Assembly: GCA_002189035.1 (NCBI GenBank)
Contig: CM007990.1
Span: 5,518,001-5,582,000 of the forward strand
Direction of reading: 5' to 3'
From: Utricularia gibba
Lineage: Eukaryota > Plantae > Magnoliophyta
DNA length: 64,000 bases
In this document: positions 53,601-64,000 of the stretch, in pieces
How positions within the stretch are numbered: position 1 is the stretch's first letter
Layout of the letters: the number at the start of each line of letters is the position of its first letter
Program-made: the position numbers and the translations under genes
The notes under the pieces: generated by a model
Told to the model about the DNA's origin: nothing
What the model saw: the letters and a program-made list of their open reading frames with translations, nothing else
Database searches by the model: none

Positions 53601-56600
53601 ACTTACAGTAGATTGCTTGTTTGAAATGCCATTTTTCGGAGAATTTTTTCCAGATGCCTGATTGGTTCCACTGCTTGAAGTTTTTTCCATAGCTACAGCA
53701 GTGCTGGCAGTTTCTTTTCTTTCTTCAGGGCCTTTGTATGCCATATACAAATCAGAACTTGCACCTGCGGCTTCAGCTTTTCTTAAAAATTCTTTCTTTT
53801 TCTTTTTACCACGTAGTGCAACATTTTTTGCTACGTTGGTTTCTGATGTTAATTTATCCTTGGAATCCGCAGACGGGGAAAGCAAGTAATCACTACCTTT
53901 GTCACCATCCTCATTCTGAAGTTTCCCAGCAGGCACTGTATTTTCAACTGCTCTGTTTTCCAATGAAATATTATCATCTATATCTGGTAATGTATCTGAA
54001 GCAAACACTCGATTTCCAAACACATGAGAATTATCTTCTAATGAAGAAGTCCCAGATACTTCTCCAGATCCTGTCACGGACTCAATTGATGTAAGATCCA
54101 GTACACTATCATCAGAGAAGCTCACAGACTCTTGATTCTTCTCTCCCTTGCTATACGGTGATTCATCAGCGAAGGATGATACTATCTGTTCAGATTTCCT
54201 TGAAGCAATATCAATTTCTTGAGACTCCAAATATGCTCCCGAATCATTTGCATCAGCTGTTGCATTCTTGCAGATTTCAGCTTCCCCTGGTTCCAGAACG
54301 GTGGTTGCATGCTCTGATATTCGGACTTCTAAACCTTTTCTTTCTACATTTTCAAACATTTCATCAGCCTTTCCTACATCTATCGTGGGCTTCATTACAT
54401 TTACCAGGCCAGCAGCTGTAGACGTTAAAGGTGACTGCTCTGTAATTTCAGATACCAGGCCAGTTCCATGGGAAGTGTGCTCAGATTTTGGTATCTCGGG
54501 ATCCACTGTTAGAGAAGGCAAGCTGTCAACCATGGGAGGTTGATCAACAACCTGGATGCATTGAATTAAAAAAATTATAGTGTCAATATTCTAATGAACT
54601 GGATGCAATATACATCTGGAACAAATTAAAACCCACAAATACCAGTTCCTGCTGTCTAATGACTGCCTCATGTTGCTTATCATTAAGAGAGTCGGGCATA
54701 ATAGATCCACTCCCCACTTCTTCAGCAGACCTAGTAGAAGGTGATGGAGAATCAGAAAGTGAAGCTGAAGTCAAAGCACCGGACAAAGATAAAATGCATG
54801 TTCCAAAACCAGGTTTTGATTTAGACCTTGAGATCAAAGCTGAAGGGCTAACTTCCAGTTTAGGCCTCAACGATTCCTCCTCATGTGAGGATGCAGGATC
54901 TGGTGGTTTTACAGTGACCTGCAACAATGAAGTTTACATATTGACAATGGAAGGACCAAACCAATTCTCACCAAAGAATTTGTGCATTCAGAAGCTTTTT
55001 CAATGCCAGGCAAATGATTAGATAACTGACCTGGGCACTGATCCTTGCTGGTTGAGAAGCATTTGGAACCTGCACGGTATTCATGGACAGAGAGCTCACA
55101 GCAGGGATAAACATGGAAGTGGGGTTATACGAATTTGGATAAAAATTCACTGGATGATTAGGAGGATGCGATGCTGCAGGCTGTGACTGGGACGCAACAT
55201 TAACCTGTGCTCTAGGGCCTGGCACACTTTCAAGCTTCAGTTCTTTATGAGTCTCTGGGTGAGTGATCTTAACGGGTTTATGAGAAGTGCCATATTTTCC
55301 AGGTGGCTGCGGAGAATAATGTGGCCTCATGTTAAGCCCGATGTTACCCAACTGTGTAGGCATTTCATGAGCCATCTGTGTGGGCAAGGTGAAGTTTTGT
55401 GCCTGATGCATCATTCCTTGAGGCTGCACCAGGTGTGGCTGGAGGCCTGAAATAAAAATCTGCTGCTGCATCATGGGATTCCCCATAGGTAGGTGCATAG
55501 GCAAAGGCATAGTTATAGACGCTCCTGGCAAGGCTTGAGGTGGGATTTGAGGACTTGGACCTCCAAACTGGAGAGGGACTTGTTGCTGATGATATGGCAT
55601 TTGCATAGACATACTTGAGATAGGACGTACAGTGGGCTTCTGAGACTGCTTAATCAGTGGTGCAACTGGAGGCTGTGTGTCTCTCTTAGGCTTGGGTGTT
55701 GGCTGAGCTTCTTCAGAAATGGTTTGGCCAAGATTTCCTACATTTTTTTTAAGGGAATTCTGCTTCGAAGTGGGTGGATTTGGAATGGATGGAGCAGCCC
55801 TTGAAGCTTCTGCGAAGGCCTGTCACACATGAAACATTTCATTAAATTACTCTTTACAGTCAATTAAATTTGATTAATTGTAAAAAAGCACGAAATGTTC
55901 TCAAGGAAAAACATGAGATGATACAAATCCAGAAAGAACCCTTCATGAGGTTGCCCGTGGGAGCACACTTTTTTCTATATGGCATTTCCAGATGCAAGCA
56001 CAAAAGACATACATTTCCTTCAGTTAAGATAAAGAGTAACCAAGATCCAACAACAAAGAAGATCAAATATTCCAGAATGAAAGACCTGGGATTTTTTCTG
56101 CTCATCCAAGTTAGGAGGGGCAGAGCTTGTTCGTGCAGGGATCTGCCAAGAAAACATTTTTACTCTAATGAACTATGGAATCCGAGTGCAAGAATGCAAA
56201 AGGGAAAAGTGGAGTACCTGAAATCCAACCATAATACCAGGGCTTATGGATCCAAATTGCAAAGGAAATGACCTGGATGCATCTTCTGAAGGAATTGAAT
56301 CAAAAGGATACGTATACATCAATTAGAAAAACGAATCGATCATCCACATAAAATTGTTAACGCAAATAAAAAAGCATTTCTACCCTTCCCAACGGGCATG
56401 GGAGCGTTGGAGTCAGATTTAACGGCAGAAGCATTGGATGCTGGGGCTGAAGTGACAACACTGACGGATGATGCAGAGGAACCAACAGCTCTGCTAACAT
56501 TGATGTTTGGAGTATCTTTCCCTGCAGCATTGCCAGAGTTACTGCTAGCGTAAAGCAAATCAGATTCTCCAACGGGAATGTTATGAAGATGAAGAGGTGC

Positions 56601-57228
56601 AAAAAAAAATCTATTTATGAAGAATCTTAAAAACTCAAGGTAAAGGCTTGCAGGACTTCCGGGTTTACGAAATAATTTTCCTCTTCAAACTTCAAGTAAT
56701 GCTACTCGAACAGTAAAAATAATACCCAAAAAAGACAGCATTTTAGAATCATCTACCATTGGTAAGTAACGTTTGTGCTGCAGGTTCAAGCTCCGCATTT
56801 GGGTTTCTTGGACCTGGTTGCCCCCCTTGTGCATTACCACCATACTTCTTAGAGCTGATATTTCAAAGAGAGATTGCAAAAACCGTAATCGACGAGCAAG
56901 TAGAACATCAAAAACTCTCAGAATACAACATCACATATGCAAACAAAACACCACAACTAATCCGTGTCCATCGCACAAGAATGTATTTTAAAAATGCCTG
57001 TTGCAATCATTTCAAAGGAAAAGCACAAGAAACGGAAACCCTAGGATAAGTTACTAGAATCGCGTACCTGATGCTACCAGAATTGGATATGGCGGATGAG
57101 GCGCCGCCGACGCCTTTGGCTGGCAGATTGCCTTTATCGTAGCGCTGCTGATTCGGACCGCCGGATCGGGTAGTTTTCCTGTATTGTACCGAATCGCTTC
57201 TCTGACTCCTCGATTGAATATGGGACAT
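50671..57228 (-). CDS. eIF4G: Eukaryotic translation initiation factor 4G (large isoform), about 9 exons
   Basis: SFPLQFGSISPG, IPARTSSAPPNLDEQK, VKITHPETHKELKL, eIF4E-binding KRYSRDFLL, MIF4G (KAVLNKLTPQNFEKL...KALMEPTFCEMYA), MA3 domain (AAIKEFY...DAVNDAPRA). Exon phases checked and consistent. Confidence 0.96.
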
Positions 57229-57450
57229 AAATACTAATGTTCAATGACTAGGGCGATTTCCAAAAAAACTTCGACCAATATAGCCACTTGCAAAAATCCT
57301 ACGATCACATCAGAAAGAAATGATTTTTCACACATTCAACTACTGAAATTTCACAATGAAATAAAATTTCCAATCTCAGACTCGCATCTGTACACCAACT
57401 GAACTGCCCCAAATCGCTTACCTCTCGTCCAAAGTGGAAGAGAGTGAAAT

Positions 57451-57458
57451 TAGGGTTT
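57451..57458 (-). promoter_or_regulatory. Telo-box (AAACCCTA on minus strand) in the eIF4G leader
   Basis: TAGGGTTT on the plus strand, about 220 bp upstream of the eIF4G ATG. Confidence 0.55.
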
Positions 57459-58116
57459 CTATTGGCAGAGAGCAGATGCCATGCCAACACAATCGCCGTT
57501 TCGAGAGAAAGAAGGGAAAATCCAACAAGTGTGCTATCGCCCTTTTATTTTATTTTTTTTACGAAAAAGTCGTGGAGACGAGACGGTTAAAAAAATATTC
57601 AATAATATTTAATAATAAATCTTTCTTCCACACAAGCCGCGTAAAGAATTTCCATTTTTATAATAGAAAAAACTAAATGAATATCCATAAATAATTTAAA
57701 AAATTAGATGATAATTACTTTTACATAAGAAAAATAAATATATTTCATATAAAATATATCCAAGTGATTTCAAGATAATTGCAAGATAAGGTAGATTACG
57801 ATCGGATATTCGAATCCAAATATAAAATTATTATTTATATTCGTAAATTATAAATATCAATTTTTATAACTTTTTTATAATGTTCTAAAATTCTATGATG
57901 ATGTTACATTATAAATTTTATCGGATTTTTCAGAATAATTTGAACGATAAAAACATGCTCTCCATTCAAGAGAGATATCAGTGAAAATGGCAACACAAGC
58001 CACGCCTTCACAGGGGCTGCGAAGTGGCTCTCCTTATCCATCATGTATGAAAGCTGCAATGGTATTTCAAGCAAACAACTGTAAAAGTGGGCTATGGAGG
58101 TTTTGGATTCAGCATC

Positions 58117-58855
58117 TCAAGAGAAGAGACTGCGACTCCGGTTACGCTCCAGACGTGCATCCCTCTAACAAAGCAAGAAACATGAAGTGAAATCAGATGG
58201 ATGGTTAAAGAGAAACTAAATCTTTCACAGCTTTTGTTACTCATGGCCATGCGTATCTCACCTCTTTCTTCTTGCATTCCTTGTAAGTGTCAAAATGTAC
58301 TTGGCATTTGCTCTTCTCATTGTGGTTCACTTCTAGGCCTACGAATCAAGTATGCAACAATAAGAAGCAAACTAGATGTAGGAATCATTCATCAACAACA
58401 ACAAGACAGCATAGTTGTGGAATCATCTCATGAAGCCATCACAGCTGATATATGTAAACAGTACACAGAAGCCAACTTTGCACTCAACTATTCCTTCACT
58501 AATCCACGTGTGTGGAAGAAGAGCCACTCTAAGATCAGCCAACATACGCGTTTCGTGTATTAAAAAGCTAACACATCCCCACTTATCCTGATGCATCATA
58601 AGTCCCCTGGTGCAGGATAAAATCACCAAGATGCCACCTCTACAGCAGCAGTACTAGCCAATCAAATATAGGTTTACAACTAATCAACACACGAAAATCC
58701 AACAACACATCAAACCAAAAAAAAAAAAAGGTAAAATAAATGCAAACAAATCAAGTACACTTTAGGGAAGCCGCGTAGGCCGGGTAGCATTCGGAATCGG
58801 AAAGGCGTGACGCGCTGGGATACGCCGCCAGAGCCTGCGTTTTCGACGGAGTCAT
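58117..58855 (-). CDS. COX23: Twin CX9C (CHCH) mitochondrial intermembrane-space protein, COX23/COX19 family, 3 exons, about 72 aa
   Basis: Exons 58855-58759, 58338-58262 and 58164-58117 splice in frame (GT-AG) to MTPSKTQALAAYPSASRLSDSECYPAYAASLKCLEVNHNEKSKCQVHFDTYKECKKKERDARLERNRSRSLFS*, with two CX9C motifs. Confidence 0.9.
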
Positions 58856-58977
58856 TGGCAAGTTTCTCCGACCGATCGAGCCTACGACGCTCCAAATCCC
58901 TTCGCTGAAGCCTGCAGCGCCCTTAATTGGAGTCCAGATTGAATGGAGCGCTGACCTGCAGACCGAATAGCAATTCA

Positions 58978-59002
58978 TGGGCCGAGCTCCGTTTCAGGCC
59001 CA
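58978..59002. promoter_or_regulatory. Inverted pair of site II elements upstream of COX23
   Basis: TGGGCC at 58978 and GGCCCA at 58997. Site II motifs are common in promoters of nuclear-encoded respiratory genes (established). Confidence 0.55.
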
Positions 59003-60637
59003 TTATTAATTCCACGTAATAAAGGACGTGGAATTTAAACAATATTTAAATATGATGCTATATAGTTCATATCGTATCGATTATTTTATATGATAAAAAA
59101 ACTGTAAATCCATTGCACAAATGGTTAGTATGTAATGTATGTCTATCTCACATTGATTAGAACGGAGGAAGTAGAAGAGATAGACGTATTTAAATAAAAG
59201 AATCTTCGTAATCTTGTATGAAATTTTTTCTTTAAATATAGAAAATGTAAAATTATGAAAATTGAATATACTTATTTTTTACATTCAAAGTGAATAACAT
59301 CATAAAAGAGTAACATGAATCATCACATAAATCACGATTGAAACGTGATTGAATTATCATTAAGTTAACTTCTTCTGCATCTAAAACGATTCAATTTCAT
59401 TTAAATAGAGTTTTTTTTCAAGAACTTATCATATCATATATACCTTTCCCTAAGTCCAATATTGTATCACCTTCACTTTAATAAAAGCAAGACAAAAGAA
59501 GATCACGTGGGCCCCATGAGAACGATGTTTTGGGAGTCCATCCCGACCACAAGTCATCAAGATCGGCGCTTTTTCGTTGTCCTGGAATTTCTCAGCTCAT
59601 CCGCTGGTGAGTTATGCGCTCTGTGGGATCAGAGCCTCCGATCTCCTTTGGAAAAATATGCTGAATGTTAATAAAATAACAGCATTTTGATTCATTAGCA
59701 GGACATGGAGTGGATGCTGGGCATCCTTGTCCACTAAAGTTAGTCAAAGGTTGCATCTTTACATGGCGGGGGCGTTGCTTTTCCACTCCCTTTCTCTTTT
59801 TCTCCTGACCCGGCAACCTACTTTGTTGAACTTGAATGCAGTACAGGATTTGAAAGTTCTTGTACTGGGATTAATGTTGATGTGGGTGTGTGCTAGTGCA
59901 CTATTATTTTGATTCATAATGAGGGAAAATCAATCATAGGGGACCAAGTGCGTTAAACAAATGAGTTTAATAAAGTGAAAGCTGCTGAATCTTGGTTGCC
60001 AATGGGGTCTTGGGGTTGGAGAATTATGGACTATTCTCTCTCTGAAAAAGATAAATGTGAGCCCAAAATCAGGGACACTCTTCCTGTGTTGCATTCTTTC
60101 TCCGTCAAAGAAGAGATCAGGCTGTCGGCTCTGTTACTATCATTGCGGGATAGCTGGGTCGCCCAAGTTTTGTCCTTTCTCATTTTTTGTGTTCTCATCT
60201 GGGGGCGTAATAAGAAGAGCCAACGTAAAGTGAGTTAGTGTGTTTCCGAGTGTGAGGTCTGCTGGGGTTTCTGTTGCGTTATGAATGTGGCTTTCGCGGC
60301 TTCGCTTGGATCCTTCGTACGGCATTTTTAGAATCGGGTTTGTGCTCTTGGTATTAGAAATCAGTTGTCTGGTTTGCGCAGATTTTAAATGGGGTTGTAA
60401 AGCTTGCAACTTTTTTCGCTGCATTGCGTCGGGTTTCCTCTTGCGCTTCGTCTTCTACGATTTGGGTTCTTCGATGTGCGTTTTCATCAATTTGGTGTAT
60501 TGGAAATCTTGATTTTAACTGAGGTGTTACATTTTTCAAAGCTGGGTTGTTATCTTGGTGTTTCCTTTGGTTTTTTCATCCAACATTTTTGCTTTGTTGC
60601 AGATAAACCTGATGAGAGTTTGCGGTTGATTTGAGAA

Positions 60638-62719
<2,082 letters not shown>

Positions 62720-63320
62720 AACACGTTATCTAGGTGTGATTCAGGATCAAGGGAAGAGGAGAAGGAGACTCAAGTTCTTTTCAGTCATCCATTCACTTGT
62801 ATGCTTTCCCTTCTGTATGTACTACTGACAGATTGGCAGATCACTACAATTTTTTTTTCCAAAGTGCATTCTCATCTGTGCACTTCTTCTCACAACTGTC
62901 TTCGAGAAAGACAGAAGAACCAGACAACCGCCCTCATGAACAGAACTCCTAATTCCCATGTAATCTCCAGCATTTCATCTGCTAAAGCAATAGAATCTCT
63001 GGTTCAAGATCCATTTACTGCAGAAGATGGTGTTCCAAAGAATGAACCCACAGATCATCATGCCTGTCTTTGCTGCATTGCAGCAACACAATCATGGCGA
63101 TTGTGTTGGATTCATGGGAACCAACTTTTTTTCCCGTTCGTGCAAAGCAATAGATGAGTGGAGCCATGTGGAGAGAAGAAGGGGTAAGTGATCATTCCTT
63201 TTAAAGGGATAATTATAAGTCCGTACAAATGGTTTTGGCGGGAATGCGCTTCTCGGGTTCGGGTATTAGAGAACAGTAAATCGTCGAAGGCTAGGGCTTT
63301 GGATTCCCCAATTTCGCGCT

Positions 63321-64000
63321 ATGGCCTCTAACGCGGAAAGTCTCTCGCAGTTCGACATCTCAGAGCAAGTGAGTTTTCGTATCTTCTGTGTGCAGTGGGT
63401 GCAAGAATCGATTCTCTTTGGTGATTTTCATGAATTCGTTTGCGAATCGGATAGGAGATGGAGAAATTGGTGGGGGAGCTAATTCGCTACATTCTATTCA
63501 AGACTGAGCAGACTTCAGGATGCCCAATTAGAAGGGAAGACTTGACCCAACTGATTTCTGGTAAAGGATATAGGCAGAGAAGTTTGCCGGCATTTGTGAT
63601 CAATGAAGCGAAATCAAAGCTCTCTTCAATTTTTGGGTATGATTTGGTGGAGCTTCAGCGTTCTCGGTCTTCTGCAGCTTCAGGCCGCTCATCACAGTCC
63701 CAGCAGGGTGAGCTTTGTTTCTTTTCACATTTTTGGGAAGTTATGCTCCTCTCGGTAATTAAAAAGAACATCTTTAGCTTCGTATTTCGATAGTCTGCAG
63801 AAAGTAAGATCATTTTTTCCTCTCAGAAGGTAGCTGATTGTATAAAACTTGGAATTGTCCATAGTCAGTGAGAAGCAGGGGTTGAGTGTAACTTCTGTAA
63901 ATGCACCTGAACCGATAGAAAATGTGGTTATTTTGACTGCAGCGGATGCAAAAACCTATGTGATCATGAGCAAGCTACCAGCTGATGTTTTTTCGAAACA
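63321..64000 (+). CDS. NSE3: SMC5/6 subunit NSE3 (MAGE domain), 5' part only, truncated by the window end
   Basis: Exons 63321-63368, 63455-63707 and 63943 onward: MASNAESLSQFDISEQ-EMEKLVGELIRYILFK...PIRREDLTQ...IFGYDLVELQR-ADAKTYVIMSKLP. Confidence 0.9.

Noticed and set aside
56757-56860. Suspected frameshift in eIF4G exon 2
   Set aside because: Careful reading gives SSKKYGGNAQGGQ in phase with exon 1; the gene is intact.
57780-57960. Possible MITE remnant upstream of eIF4G
   Set aside because: AT-rich with CGGATATTCG-like words, but no definable terminal inverted repeats or target-site duplication.
58201-58629. ORFs 58201..58563 (+) and 58423..58629 (-)
   Set aside because: They lie across the introns and exon 2 of the COX23-like gene and have no protein features.
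62801-63157. 118-aa plus-strand ORF after the kinase
   Set aside because: Starts in probable 3' UTR, no recognisable family and no supporting splice structure.

Overview
Gene-dense eudicot (probably asterid) nuclear DNA with about 20 protein-coding genes and 2 tRNA genes in 64 kb. Most introns are 70-110 nt and most intergenic gaps are short. Order: GH17/X8 beta-1,3-glucanase(-), LISCL/SCL14-type GRAS(+), ARIA(+), tRNA-His, uncharacterised plant membrane protein(+), HPt/AHP(+), secreted LRR protein(+), BSL1(+), UTP15(+), NOMO(+), tRNA-Ser, SEC23(-), SCAI-like(+), DGP2-like GTPase(-), UMP-CMP kinase(-), FLZ(+), eIF4G(-), a small three-exon COX23-like gene missed by the ORF track(-), Adi3/AGC1-3-type kinase(+), NSE3(+, truncated by the window end). 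I saw no CRISPR array, prophage, intact transposon or prokaryote-like segment. Main points: (1) the GRAS protein carries four tandem copies of the normally single LISCL N-terminal acidic motif; (2) several conserved genes have single-base frameshifts in C/G homopolymers, most likely long-read assembly errors; (3) four apparent GC-AG introns, two of them in BSL1; (4) both tRNAs lie about 200 bp behind a same-strand stop codon, and tRNA-Ser is followed by a degenerate site-II-rich repeat of about 103 bp; (5) an AHP-LRR-BSL trio that I recall as microsyntenic with Arabidopsis. Family assignments come from motif recognition and recall; no database search was run.
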